A stretch of DNA of 63,701 nucleotides, the filler included, from Octopus bimaculoides (lineage: Eukaryota), in assembly GCF_001194135.2 (NCBI RefSeq). It is 6 parts of 6 records of this genome, joined end to end, with 100 filler letters (N's around TTAATTAATTAA, not from the genome) between each part and the next. Parts side by side here need not be neighbours in the genome. Positions count along the whole stretch, not along the records: positions 23,946 to 39,516 come from NC_068983.1; 5 more parts are not named here. One strand, written 5' to 3'. The position numbers and the translations under genes are program-made. The notes below the pieces were generated by a model that saw only the letters and a program-made list of their open reading frames with translations, was not told the origin of the DNA and searched no databases. This document shows, piece by piece, positions 26,849-38,879 of the stretch. Numbering within the stretch: position 1 is the first letter of the stretch; every line of letters starts with the position of its first letter.

Positions 26849-27844
26849 TGTAGCGTAGACTCTATATATATGTGCATTTGAATGTAGCAGGGACCAACTA
26901 GCCTTTGACCATTGTTTGTATCTTGTTGTGTCCACTACTCTGATTGGTTGGCATTGGCGCAATTTGTCTCCTACTCTGTTGTTCCAACTGACCACGGATA
27001 GCCAGTCAGAGGCTTTAGATAGCGTCATGTGAACAACCTTTTTCGAACCCCTTTCAAGCTTACTACACCCTATAAAAACCCAGCTTTTACCTCATTATAC
27101 GGCTTTGGTTCCTGACCTTTCAAGGTCAAGCCACTGACCACATAAACACAGCCAGTTCCAGTGACAACACCAGGCAACACGCTACTACAGTAGCTACATT
27201 GAGGCTTACCAACTTCATCCAACAGCATTTGGCAACCTCCATCTTCATCATCACTATCGTCTTAACATCAATGTCTCTATATACACAATGCAACAGGCAG
27301 CTCATTCAGGTTCCAACACTTCGCTGTTTGTGAATTACTTCACCATGGATCAACAGTAAATATACGACCTGCAAGAACTCCTGTACCAAGTGGCCCAGGC
27401 TGCAGCATCACAGCCATGACTTCACGTACGACATGTACCTGTAACCGGCTCAGCATCATGGCCACAACTTCTTGATACAGTATTTCAACTACCGTGTACA
27501 ATTGACTACGAACTGGTATTCTTATCCTTGTGTCTATGAACTTCTCACTTCGATGGCTATAGACTCTTTCACTGTCTTCTTCATTGCTATTCTATATGTT
27601 CTTAACACACACATACATACATTTGTTCTCATGACGGCCTATCAACTATTCTGTATACATGACGCACACACGGACACACATGTTAGCATATCAATAATTG
27701 TTCCCTTAATCATTCTATGCAGTTGTGTCTCTCTTTTCCCCTCTGGCACTTATTTGTACTGTCCAATTCCTCTGTTTTGTATCGGCCGTGTGATGTGGGG
27801 CTAAAGAGCTATTCTCATCACCTCGCAACACATGGTCTTTTACA
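26849..27844. mobile_element. Solo LTR (996 bp) inserted in the mariner transposase
   Basis: Begins TGTA and ends TACA, with a 4-bp target duplication CCCT (26845-26848 and 27845-27848). Removing it and one TSD copy rejoins the transposase (…ELR|AWLD…). Internal gattgg and tataaaa (27071) motifs. Confidence 0.85.
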
Positions 27845-28409
27845 CCCTCAATTCCACATCATTATTGAACAATACACTGCACAAAGCAGTCAAAAGAGAT
27901 GAAAATCTGATGGCGCCAAGTCTGGAGAGTATGGGGATGAGGCAACACTTCTCATTCGAGTTCTTGAATCACAGCTTTGGTCATATTGGTGATGTGAGAA
28001 TGGGCTTTTTTGTGTTGCAGAAAAACACATTTTACTCAATCGGTCTTTTTTGTTGAATTATTTCATTGAGTCAGTGCAGTTGTTGAATATAGAGTGCCGC
28101 AGTGAGTGTTTGGTTGCACTTAAGCAGTTTGTAATGAATTATGCCTTCCCAATGTCACATTACACACAAGGTAGATGGACAATTCATCAACAGACAGTTG
28201 GCTGACAGACAACTTAGGACAATTGTAAGGCATGGTATGGCACTGTTTGCAACCATGTGTTGAGTGATGTTGAACAAGCAAACTGATGGCGATTATAGAG
28301 CATTGATTTTTGCTGTTTACACTCAAAGTCTGTGACACCCAAGCACCAAGTATCTGAACTTTGTCCATTGAGTGAAGGGGGTTCACCACAGTTTTTTTTT
28401 TCCTCTATC

Positions 28410-28573
28410 GAGTGGCTGTGTGGTAAGTAGCTTGCTTACCAACCACATGGTTCCGGGTTCATTCCCACTGTGTGGCACCTTGGGAAAGTGTCTTCTACTA
28501 TAGCCTCGGGCTGACCAAAGCCTTGTGAGTGGATTTAGTAGACGGAAACTGAAAGAAGCCTGTTGTATATTTG

Positions 28574-28606
<33 letters not shown>

Positions 28607-28822
28607 ATATGTTTGTGTGTCTGTGTTTGTCCCCCCCTCAACATTGCTTGACAAGCGATGGTGGTGTGTTTACATCCCCGTAACTTAACGGTTCGGCAAA
28701 AGAGACCAATAGAATAAGTACGAGGCTTCCAAAGAATAAGTGCTGGGGTCAATTTGCTCAACTAAAGGCGGTGCTCCAACATGGCCACAGTCAAATGACT
28801 GAAACAAGTAAAAGAGAAAGAG
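28410..28822 (+). mobile_element. SINE family A (complete) nested in the mariner
   Basis: Complete copy from gagtggctgtgtggtaag to the gtaaaagagaaaagag tail. Confidence 0.85.
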
Positions 28823-29224
28823 AGGGAGAAAAAATCTATCAGTTCCACCACCTTTCTGGTCGCTTGACGTGGATTTTCGTGAAGAAATTGATTCAATAGC
28901 TCTTCATCAAACTCAGTCGATCAACCGGTGTGTGATCAATCCTTAAGATTGGAATTCCCATTTTTGAAGTGCGAAAAACAACAGCAGGTGGTACTTTGAG
29001 GTGTTGCTCCTTTTCCATACACAGCACAAATCTCTTGAGCAGTGTCGGCGGTCTTAGCACCTCGATTAAATGCAAAAAGCAAATGGTGTCAAAAATGCTC
29101 AGTTTTGTCCACTTGACATTCCATTTTAATGATCTGAAAATGCACAAGAATCAATAAAATTAAAAAATTTAAAAAAACATGCTATCTTGTAGAACAAAAA
29201 ATTCTCTTTTAAATAACAAAAGAT

Positions 29225-29530
29225 GTTACCAATGCGGTTGTGAGATCGTTGCCAGAGCCGCCGAACTGGCTCCTGTGTGGGTGGCACATAAAATACACCA
29301 TTTTGAGCATGGCCGTTGCCAGTACCGCCTGACTGGCCTTCGTGCCGGTGGCACGTAAAAGCACCCACTACACTATCAGAGTGGTTGGCGTTAGGAAGGG
29401 CATCCAGCTGTAGAAACTCTGCCAGATCAGATTAGAGCCTGGTGTAGCCATCTGGTTTCACCAGTCCTCAGTCAAATCGTCCAACCCATGCTAGCATGGA
29501 AAGTGGACATTAAACAACGATGATGATGAT
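29225..29530 (+). mobile_element. RTE-LINE 3' UTR fragment with (ATG)n tail
   Basis: aaaagcacccactacact...ggcgttaggaagggcatccagctgtag...gatgatgat. The same sequence lies downstream of RTE ORF2 at 33951-34724 and 43700-44880. Confidence 0.75.
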
Positions 29531-30497
29531 GTTTTATTTCTGCGTGCATTTTTAAATTTAAAAAATAAAAAAGCACTCATGAATTATTCCTGAGCCCAAT
29601 TTAAAAAAATAAACACAAAGTATACTTGGCATCTTATCTCCAGTTATGATCTTTGTGACAGCTGCTCAACCATAAATCTTTTATGCTCCAACGTATTTAC
29701 ATACGTTGTAAATATGTTTGTCATTGTGTGGTTGCATTTTCGTGATCGTTATTATCGTCATCATCATCGTTATTATTTAACGCCCATTTCCCACGTTAGT
29801 TAGGGTAACAAAAACTTGAAATTTGAAATGTGACATGCTGTTGCAAACCTCTGTATTCACTGATGTGTGTTTAGTTACAAAAGTAAAAAAGAGGGTAAAA
29901 ATAATGATTTACGTTGGGTTGCAGTGCTCAATTCTTATCACTGGAAATATGTATTTGCGACAGACCAGAATCCGAAACGGGGCATCTACATCAAGGCTCA
30001 GGGGTCAGTAACAAGTGGGCCATTAAGTGTGCACATGCGTTTGTGTGTATATACGCGTGCGCACCATAGGCAGGTGTAAAAGTTGTGGAGAACAGGTTTT
30101 TCTAGTTTCTGTTCTACTTGGTGGCTCTACCCCAGACTGTCTAAACAGTATTATAAGTTTCCATGCAAATCGATACTTTGGGGTTAGCATGTATTTATTG
30201 ACTGCAACTCACAGCATTATATAGACTCAGATTGGGCCTAGGTTGTCTAACTGTGGCAAAAATGGAGATGCATTGCACAGCTGTCTCAACATTCTGAAAT
30301 TACCACCGAAAGCAGCCTTTTATTAACTACAAGAAGAAAATTTTAGAAGATCGAATCATGCAATTTCTAATCACGTGAAATTCTTTTGGTTCAGTCATGA
30401 TATCTGACTGCATATCCAAGGATCTAGCTTCGAATCCTTGCAACAAGCTCTTCAGCATGAAGGACTGTTGCTTCAACCGCCATCACTGTTGTGACAA

Positions 30498-30597
30498 CAA
30501 GCTAAATACAGTCTATTATTGAAATGATTTTTATAGTACTATACGCTCCACTACTTATTCATGTAGGCATTCATATGCTTCTAAACATTCTCATACA
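30498..30597. repeat. Copy 1 of an exact 100-bp duplication
   Basis: Identical to 33196-33295 (caagctaaatacagtc...attctcataca). Confidence 0.9.
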
Positions 30598-30711
30598 TTT
30601 TGTCGAACCTGTTTGCAGCAATACTCGAGTTACTCATGACCCAATATTCATTATAAGCGTGATAAATACATATTTTCATATCTAAAGAAAAATATTTCTT
30701 TTTTCATTCAC

Positions 30712-30870
30712 AAGGAGTGGTTGGCATTAGGAAGGGCATCCAGCTGTAGAAACTCTGCCAAATTAGATTGGAGCCTGGTGTTGCCATCCGGTTTCACCAG
30801 TCCTCAGTCAAATCGTCCAACCCATGCTAGCATGGAAAGCGGACGTTAAACGATGATGATGATGATGATG
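30712..30870 (+). mobile_element. RTE-LINE 3' tip with (ATG)n tail
   Basis: ggagtggttggcattaggaagggcatccagc...cggacgttaaacgatgatgat. Confidence 0.75.
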
Positions 30871-30947
30871 AAGGAAATTCTAAACAATCCTTTATTACAC
30901 CACATTTTTTTGCTTTCACATTCGAATGAAATAAAACATCTATTCTA

Positions 30948-31070
30948 CAGGGTGTCCACAAGGTCTGGGTACATGGAGTAAATAAAATCATAACATAAAC
31001 AATTAAATATAAGAAATAATTTCTTAAAGTATGTGTTAATCCCATGTACCCAGACTTTGTGGACACCCTG
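30948..31070. mobile_element. 123-bp Tc1/mariner-type MITE
   Basis: 29-bp TIRs cagggtgtccacaaggtctgggtacatgg / ccatgtacccagactttgtggacaccctg (one mismatch), with TA on both sides. Confidence 0.9.
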
Positions 31071-31094
31071 TACAATGAAATTGTAAAAAGCACA

Positions 31095-31310
31095 GATGTG
31101 GCTGTGTGATAAGAAGTTTGCTTACCAGCCACATGGTCCTCAGTTCAGTCCCACTGCATGGCACCTTAGGCAGGTGTCTTCTACTATAGCCTCGGACTGA
31201 TCAAAGCCTTGTGAGTGGATTTAGTAGGCAGAAGCTGAAAGAACCCCATTGTGTGTGTTTGTGTCTGTTTGTTGCCCTACAACCGGTATTGGTGTGTTTA
31301 TGTGACTGCA
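31095..31310 (+). mobile_element. SINE family A, 5' part
   Basis: gtggctgtgtgataagaagtttgc...ctactatagcctcgg...gtgagtggattt. Confidence 0.75.
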
Positions 31311-31314
31311 ACTT

Positions 31315-31522
31315 AGGGAGGTCCTAGAGCCAGTAAAGGTCACCAGCATCGAAGCAACCTTGTTGAAATCACAGATATGCTAGGCAGGACACATCCCCAA
31401 AATTGAGGATCATCAATCTCCCAAATTTACACTGTATAGCTAACTCTCCTCTGGTCTCCGTGATAGAGGTGTACAAAAGAAGAGGAACAAGGACTCCCTG
31501 AGGAAATCCCTTGGTGCCTGTC
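31315..31522 (+). mobile_element. RTE (BovB-like) ORF2 C-terminal remnant
   Basis: GHIPKIEDHQSPKFTLYS*LSSGLRDRGVQKKRNKDSLRKSLGAC resembles the RTE ending GH...R-x-P-K...G-x-R-x-x-G...K-D. Confidence 0.65.
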
Positions 31523-31529
31523 AAATTCG

Positions 31530-31933
31530 CTAAAGTACTGTGACAGTTGCAAATGATGCAGAGTTTGAAGAAGTCATAAAGGAAGATGTGGTTGGGTCTT
31601 TAGTGCCCTTAAGAGAATGCTTATCTAACAAGGAGCTGATTTTGTTAGAACAAAAGAAAACTAAGAATACAAAAGGAAAAAGGGAAATTCTACCAACTCT
31701 ACCTAAATCAACTGCAATGTATATTGTTAAAAGGGTTGGCATTTATAGAACAAGGTCTGCATGTTTTTGCTGATAGCAGCCCTTATTGTGAGTTTAGCAT
31801 AAAAATTATAAGAGTTTACAATCACTTCAGTCTTTATGCTGCTCTATACAAAGAGTTGATGTACCATAAACACCAAAAAATTTTGGAGAAGTTCTTCACC
31901 ACTAAAATAAATATTGAAGTTGATGAACTATAA
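31530..31933 (+). mobile_element. pogo/Tigger transposase C-terminal remnant
   Basis: Frameshifted ...ECLSNKELILLEQ... and GLAFIEQGLHVFADSSPYCEFSIKI...YAALYKEL...QKILEKFF, resembling the Tigger C-terminus. Confidence 0.6.
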
Positions 31934-33195
31934 GATGGAAGTCAATGTCCCTTGGTCTCTCATTGCTTCCTCACCCAATAATCAACATCTTTGGTGATAA
32001 GAATGTATTCTATTGCGATATTACGATTCCCTGATGATTGTTCACTAGTCATGTGCCGAAAAAATTTGTCCCCCTCTGATATAGTGAATAGCCACCGAGT
32101 TGAATAAAAACTTGGTGTATGCAATTGAAAAGGCATTAAATTAAAATAACAAGTGGGACTTGTGAGTACATGTCATTCACAAGTCTTGCTGCTGCAGATC
32201 ACAACTAGTTTCCTTGTATTTATTTTTTCCATATGATACATCAATCAAATTCTGCACATCATCTTCTTTACTACGTCTAATCCCAAACGCCTCAACATAA
32301 ATTACTATCCACACCATGAAAAGGTATCTTATTTCTCCTCTACTCACTAATACCACATGGCATTACGATATTCCACTCTTTTTTTAAAGCAAAATATTTG
32401 CTTCTGCAGTCATTTTCACTTTCTTGGATGCTGTCTTCAGCTTAACCTTATTCTATTTGGCTTCAAACTAAATTGTCATCCATCTATGATGTCGCATCAC
32501 TCTACTGAAATCCTCCACATTCTCCATGTCTTTGCTTCTTCTTTAAAACAGCTTGTGCGAGCCACCATCCGTTATTTATGCACCAACTTTGACCACATGA
32601 CATGAGAGCAACTAGTTTAAATGGACAGTTTTCCTTCAACTCCTACCCTTCTCTTAATTCAATAATCCCTTTCTTATCCATCAACTTCCCTCTCACCTCA
32701 AAATTTCCTCTCAACCTCACTTACACCCTCACCCATTTCTCCTCTTTCATTTCTTTCTCTAGACCAGTTTCTCTCTCTTTCCAACTTCTTCCAGTCTAAG
32801 TATGAAATACACGTTATCATGTGTTCCCCATCAATTTCACACAGTTTCTCAAACATAGATGATGTAAAACTCTGCTGAGTTTCCTTATTTTCCTCCTGTC
32901 CACTTCACACTGAAAAAGTGGTCAACCCAGAATATTGAATTTTTCCTTCCCTATTGCAATTTCCCTGTACTCTTTCAGTCAATGTGTATGTGTGTGTTTA
33001 GCAGCAATATTTAACAATTTCCAAATACAGAAATCAAACCTGGATCACTATCTAATGAAAAAAAAGAATACCAAAAATTCAAGAATGTAATATTGATTCG
33101 CAAGAATATTACCAACATACAAAAAAAAAATCTTACCATTCAAGACTCAGATGGAACTGGATTCAACAACAATTTTTATCTTCAGCTCACTTTTC

Positions 33196-33295
33196 CAAGC
33201 TAAATACAGTCTATTATTGAAATGATTTTTATAGTACTATACGCTCCACTACTTATTCATGTAGGCATTCATATGCTTCTAAACATTCTCATACA
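33196..33295. repeat. Copy 2 of an exact 100-bp duplication
   Basis: Identical to 30498-30597. Confidence 0.9.
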
Positions 33296-33707
33296 CTATA
33301 TATTCCGTCCATGCAGACAGCAGAAACGGTAGTCAACAGACAATAGCAGAACCAGCAGCAGACCATAGCACTGTGACATCACCAAAACAATGGATGACGG
33401 TGATAGCAACACACAAGGGTCAGCTAATATCAAGAAACTCTCAACAGCGACTACTATCATGCCTATTCCAAGAACTATAAGTTTTGAAGTATCTCAGTGC
33501 TGGTCATTCATATTAGAAACTTTTTTTGTTGTTGTTTATGATAAAAATAAATATATTTCCTTTTTAATCTCCAACAGATTTTAGGGATCTTGATTGTAAA
33601 ACACACACACACGCACACATACACACACACGCACACATACACACACAAATACAAAAATAATCTAAATTATATTAAATTTCTATCTCCTGCAGGTCCTTTA
33701 ATGAAGC

Positions 33708-33788
33708 ATGTTTGAATCAAAGACATTCACGTATGATGTTTTACTGGGAAAAGGTGCCACAGCATGTGTATACAAAGGAATATCGAAA
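33708..33788 (+). CDS. TBK1: TBK1/IKK-epsilon-like Ser/Thr kinase, first coding exon (Gly-rich loop)
   Basis: Acceptor tctcctgcag| at 33692, in-frame stop before ATG 33708, peptide MFESKTFTYDVLLGKGATACVYKGISK, donor |gtatgt at 33789. LGxGATA is characteristic of TBK1/IKBKE. The symbol is a family-level call; it may be a paralog. Confidence 0.85.
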
Positions 33789-33950
33789 GTATGTTCTTTT
33801 ATTTACTATTTTATTATTCATTTGTATGATTATTTTGTTTTATAATGACTGTAAGAAAGATGAACAGGTGGAGTCTGCATATAGAGGAAATATGCATCAA
33901 TATATATATATATGTATGTATACTTACATATATAGCATGTTATGTATGTG

Positions 33951-34724
33951 TCATCATCATCATCATCATCGTTTAACGTCCGCTTTCCATGCTAGCATGG
34001 GTTGGACGATTTGACTGAGGACTGGTGAAACCGGATGGCAACACCAGGCTCCAGTCTGATTTGGCAGAGTTTCTACAGCTGGATGCCCTTCCTAACGCCA
34101 ACCACTCAGAGAGTGTAGTGGGTGCTTTTACGTGTCACCCGCACGAAAACGGCCACGCTCGAAATGGTGTCTTTTATNNNNNNNNNNNNNNNNNNNNNNN
34201 NNNNNNNNNNNNNNNNNNNNNNNNNNNNNNNNNNNNNNNNNNNNNNNNNNNNNNNNNNNNNNNNNNNNNNNNNNNNNNNNNNNNNNNNNNNNNNNNNNNN
34301 NNNNNNNNNNNNNNNNNNNNNNNNNNNNNNNNNNNNNNNNNNNNNNNNNNNNNNNNNNNNNNNNNNNNNNNNNNNNNNNNNNNNNNNNNNNNNNNNNNNN
34401 NNNNNNNNNNNNNNNNNNNNNNNNNNNNNNNNNNNNNNNCTTCTCACGCACAGCCCATTTCCAAAGGTCTCGGTCCGTAGTCATCGCCTCGGTGAGGCCC
34501 AATGTACGAAGGTCTTGCCTCACCACCTCAGCCCAGGTCTTCCTGGGCCTACCTCTTCCACGGGTTCCCTCAACTGTTAGGGTGTGGCACTTTTTCACGC
34601 AGCTATCCTCCTCCATTCTCACCACATGTCCATACCAGCGCAATCGTCTCTCTTGCACGCCACAACTGATGCTTCTAATGTTCAGCTTTTCTCTCAAGAT
34701 ACTTACACTCTGACGGGTATTCAC
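33951..34724 (-). mobile_element. RTE LINE 3' end (ORF2 tail + 3' UTR + (ATG)n), in kinase intron
   Basis: ERRLRWYGHVVRMEEDSCVKKCHTLTVEGTRGRGRPRKTWAEVVRQDL at 34440-34724; after an N-gap, the 3' UTR runs to the catcatcat tail. Confidence 0.9.
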
Positions 34725-34859
34725 ATTGACATGTGTATGAAAATACTAATATATAAATATATCGCAGTTAATTAATTCTAAAATACATTACTACAATGTA
34801 ACTGTTTCAAACAACAATATGTAATTCAAAAAGATTATCACGATCAAATTTTTTTAAAG

Positions 34860-35990
34860 TATATTATCAAGCTGAGTAAAAAGTAATCAATGTTTTGAAA
34901 CATGAGATTCATCGCAATATATTTCTACAATGCGGAAATTTTTATTCCTCAAAATAAGTACAATTACAATCAACACAATTTTGCCAACAAATTACAAGTT
35001 TTTTTATTCTGATAATATAAAAATTTGGAGTTCTGGAGCTGATGAGCGCTTTGAACGGACTTTCAGTATTGGTTTGATTTTTGAACTCCTTCTCTCGCAG
35101 GAAACCATCAAGATGCTTGGAAAAGTGATAGTCAGGAGAAAAGTCTGGGGAATGAGCTGGGTGGGGAAGAACTTCATAGCCATGTTCCCTCAATGTCTGG
35201 AGCGTCATTTGTGAAATGTGTGGTCAAGCATTGTCATGAAGAATGATTGGCTCTCTTCTGTTGACCAGTCTGGTATGGAGGAGAAGCAGTTTATCGTTCC
35301 TTTTGGCAATTTCATAGCAATATGTTTCTGCAGTAATAGTTTTTCCGGGTTTCAAAGTTATAGTGGATGAGTCCAGCAGTACACCACCAAACAGTCACCA
35401 TAACATTCCTTTTGAAGAGCTCGGGTTTGTGGAAGGTTTTCGGTGCTTCAGTTTGGTCCAACCACTGTGAAGAACGTTTTTTATTATTGTACAGAATCCA
35501 CTTTTCATTGCAAGTTGCAATACGGTCGAGAAATGGATTGATCTGTTTATGGAGAAGAAGTGATGAGCAAATTTCATATCTGCGCATTTTCTGATTTTCA
35601 TTCAAATTATGTGGTATCCATTTGTCAAGCTCTTTTTATTTTCCGATCGCATGCAAATGGTTGCAGGCAGTTTTCTGGCTAACTTGAAGTTCTTTTGCCA
35701 TTTCTCAAGTGGTTTTACGTGGATCTTTCTCAATGATGGTCTTTAATTGACCAACATCGATAATAGATGGGCGTCCACTACACTCACAATCTTCAAGGCT
35801 CAGGTTTCCACTGCGAAATCACCTAAACAATTTTCGAGCTGACCACTCACTGGTCATTTCCTCACCAAACATTTTGTTGATATCATGGAGCAGTTTCGCC
35901 TGCTTTTCATCCTTTTTTGAAGTTGACTAGCAAAATTGCTCGAATATCGCGCTTTGACAGTTTCCATTTCAGATGACTGTAACGATTTCT
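34860..35990 (-). mobile_element. Degenerate mariner transposase (second family), in kinase intron
   Basis: PFLDRIATCNEKWILYNNKKRSSQW... and LREHGYEVLPHPAHSPDFSPDYHF... (DDE-domain motifs), broken by frameshifts. Confidence 0.9.
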
Positions 35991-36229
35991 TTATTGCCCA
36001 CAGGGGGTGGGCAAACATAGAGGGACGGTACAAATGAGGGAGGGGGTCGATGGTACATATGGTTTTTACACAGAGGTGAAAAGTTAAAAATTTATATAGA
36101 TCGAATGATAAACAAATGAAAAGCAAAACAAATACACAAACAATGAAGTGGGGGATGGGTTTTGCTTCGACCCCGCAAGCCCTATGCTACCACTGTAACC
36201 TTTAGTATAGCCTTATGGATACACTATTT

Positions 36230-37050
36230 GGGTTCATTCATTCACAACAACCTCGCCACAGCCTTCCATTTTTTTCATATACATTAGGTGACAGGCACTT
36301 TCTCTCCACATTTATTTTTCTCTTAAGATGGTAGATGAGGTAATGGACCAGTCCAAAGCTGGAGATGAATGTGCCTGTCACGATTCCTTTCACACAGATC
36401 CTCCATACTGCTTCGTTTACTATAGCGACCACAGTGAGCAAACAAGCCTTGCCTTCTTTGTTAAAAGAGGAAGGAGGAACAATCCCTACAATTGACTCGG
36501 AAGACAGTTGTACTCTGCCCAGCCATGACAGCAGATGTCCAACATAAACCCACATCTCAGAGATTTAGGGGCATTGCACAGTTACATGCAGAATGGTTTC
36601 TCTGTCCTACTCCCATCTTGGGCACAAGGGGCACGATGCCTTGCAAGCTTATTGTGAACTGGTAAGGCTCCTCGGTAGCACTGTCAGGCCAGGAAGTTAT
36701 CCAAGGGTCCTGGCCTGAATGTCCTTCGGAACACACTGGTTAGTTGATCCTCATCGAAGCCTAGAGTCTCCCCCAATATACCGTCATACTGAACTTCTAC
36801 CAACCCTCTATAGAAAGATGAGGTGGAACCCCCACTGCTGGCGTTGCAGGTGTGACAGAGAAGCTTGAGTGCCTCACAACACTCTGCTTGACAAGCACCT
36901 AACTTTGGTCTACACTTGATCCAAGGTCCTAGTTCACTCAGACTAATAAGCTCAGGAAGTAACGACTGAACGAATGGAGACCACACCTGTTCACCATCCA
37001 GGTAGAGCCACAGACGCCTCAACCAAACATTTTGAACAACGCACAAGCAA
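36230..37050 (-). mobile_element. Tx1/L1-like LINE ORF2 3' remnant with zinc knuckle, in kinase intron
   Basis: Minus-strand ...FRPGPLDNF..QCYRGALPVHNKLARH...CPRWE*DRETILHVTVQC (zf-RVT-like CxxC...H...C)...YHLKRKINVERK. Confidence 0.75.
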
Positions 37051-37230
37051 CATTCATGAACAAGTCGGTCCAGATGATTGTAACAATGGTAAAAAATATC
37101 AATGTTAGTTTATTGATGCATTTGGGGAAGTCTATGTCTGTATTATCAGACAATTGCCCCAAAAAATGTTTAAAAAAATTCAAAACTCTGCAAAAATCCA
37201 GTACAAATTCTTCATTCAGTTCTATATCTA

Positions 37231-37395
37231 AGAGATGAGGAATTCTGGACATTATTTACATTCGACCCAGGTTCGAAATTTCCCCAAGATACCTGATGAA
37301 GGCTGGAGGGCATATCAGCCAAAACATTGTGTTAACAACAAACAAGATGAGGACAAATATCCGTCGAATGTTAATAATGTACAAAATTCTTCATG
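37231..37395 (+). mobile_element. Inverted-repeat-bounded copy of the 21060-21375 repeat with a decayed hammerhead
   Basis: CTGATGA-a-ggctg...cagcc-AAAA-CATT (GAAACG changed to AAAACA). The ends gagatgaggaattctggacattatttacattcga and tcgaatgttaataatgtacaaaattcttcat are inverted. The tRNA head is absent. Confidence 0.8.
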
Positions 37396-38287
37396 GTTTG
37401 AAACATTGCTTACTTTTTACTCAACCTACTATCATTCAACTCCAGTAGTAGTGAATAATATTCTTAAGGCCACAGTTTACTCACATGCAGCATCTTTCAG
37501 AGCTTGTTGCTAATTCAGTTCTTAACCAAATTGACAACTGTTAACATTTTTGAAGAGGACTGGTCCCTAGCTACATTTTGGCATGGAAAAATGTGATTTG
37601 GTCCAGTAGAAAAAAGTTTACATCAGAATTTGTAGCAATATTATAGGAAAATAAGTAACACCACCAATGAAGTTTAGATCTAAATAATTTTTTTTATTTT
37701 AAAAGTAAAACATTTATCTTAGCTTCATTGAAAGCATGGAGAATTTCATAGTTTTGTTCCCATGCAACAAAAATTTGTATCAAAAAAGTTGTGAGATAAA
37801 ATATCATGAAAAAAAATATAAGTAAGGCAAAAAATTGGATTTAAGTATAATTAATTTTTTTTCATTTCAAAAACAAGCTATATTTTAATTAAGCTTAAAT
37901 GATAGAGCTCAATTTGAGGAATTTCATGGTATTAATCTCATGCAATGAAGTTTTAAAAGAAAAAGTATGAGTGCTTGTTTCTCAAATGTGAGGGTGATAC
38001 TATAGTTCTATACTTTTTGACAATGGCACCGCTAATTGACACATTATTAATTAGCATAATAGCATAGCCTGCAAAAAACATGGATTACATGGAAAAATGC
38101 GAGCAAAAGAAATAATATTCTTAAGATTATAAATCTAGAAAAGAACAGGACAACTTTTTTACTTTTTACTTTTGCTACTTATTGTTTTAAGATTCTCTTC
38201 ATTTTAGGGTTACATTTTAATAAGGGTACATTTTGCTTAATTATAGGAAAGGCCTCAATATTCATAAGGTTATAGATTGGTAATTTT

Positions 38288-38772
38288 TCAATTTTGCATT
38301 TGGTTTAAAGGTTTCTTGATTTTAACACATTTTGTTGCATTTTGGGAGGGTCATTATGCCAACAATAAGCAGACACACACACACACTGGTTCTATTTCAC
38401 TTCTTTATTTTTTATTTGTCAAGTGGTTAACTACTAAACCAAATAACAAATTGATTGTTTTTTTAATCATTTGGTTTATTAATCAGTCAGTTGTGTCAAC
38501 GACATGACTTCTCTACAACTGGTTGGCTTCCTGGCCTGAAGCTCTCTGGAGCATGTCATTGAAAAGGTCACAAATGGAGCAAATCATTGAAGAGGTTACA
38601 AATGCCAATGAAAGAACTTTGGCAAACACAACTCATTACTTAGTTCATTAAATAGTTAATCAAATGACAAATAAAAAGAAGTGGACTAGAACCAGTGTGT
38701 GTGCTATTACTGAGATAATGACCCACCCAAAAAACAATCCCATCAAAAATCTTGCAATCCAAAAGCAAAAGT
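38288..38772. repeat. Fold-back element: long imperfect inverted repeat
   Basis: Left arm ttttgggagggtcattat...cacacactggttctatttcacttctt...ttatttgtc (about 38288-38440) pairs with right arm gacaaataaaaagaagtggactagaaccagtgtgtg...ataatgacccacccaaaa (about 38642-38772). Confidence 0.8.
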
Positions 38773-38879
38773 GATAAATTCTTTTTGATGTAAGAAGAAA
38801 TATCATTATTATTATATTCCTTAAATCATAAATAATAATTAGGATGATAGTAATTAAGATTTTCTTTTTCTATGATTAG

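Larger units (their letters stand above)
26653..29600 (-). mobile_element. Full-length but dead mariner element with three nested insertions
   Basis: TIRs attggattgaggaataattcatgagtgtttt (26653-26683) and aaagcactcatgaattattcctgagcccaat (29570-29600). The minus-strand transposase runs from ATG at 29124 (MECQVDKTEHF*HH...) through VLPHP.YSPDLAPSDFHLF (about 27885-27950) to RAWLDKFLDSRLGDFYR*GIDNLIEQWEEIVNNNGEYIID* (about 26725-26848). Confidence 0.9.

Noticed and set aside
26795-27028. ORF as an independent gene
   Set aside because: It is a chimera of solo-LTR sequence and the mariner C-terminus across the insertion junction.
30515-30597. C/D-box snoRNA in the duplicated 100-mer
   Set aside because: Only a weak ATGATT motif is present, with no terminal CTGA D box or closing stem.
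33390-33584. ORF MDDGDSNTQG... as an N-terminal extension of the kinase
   Set aside because: In-frame stops (TAA TGA at 33699-33704) lie between the acceptor and ATG 33708. At most this is 5' UTR or uORF sequence.
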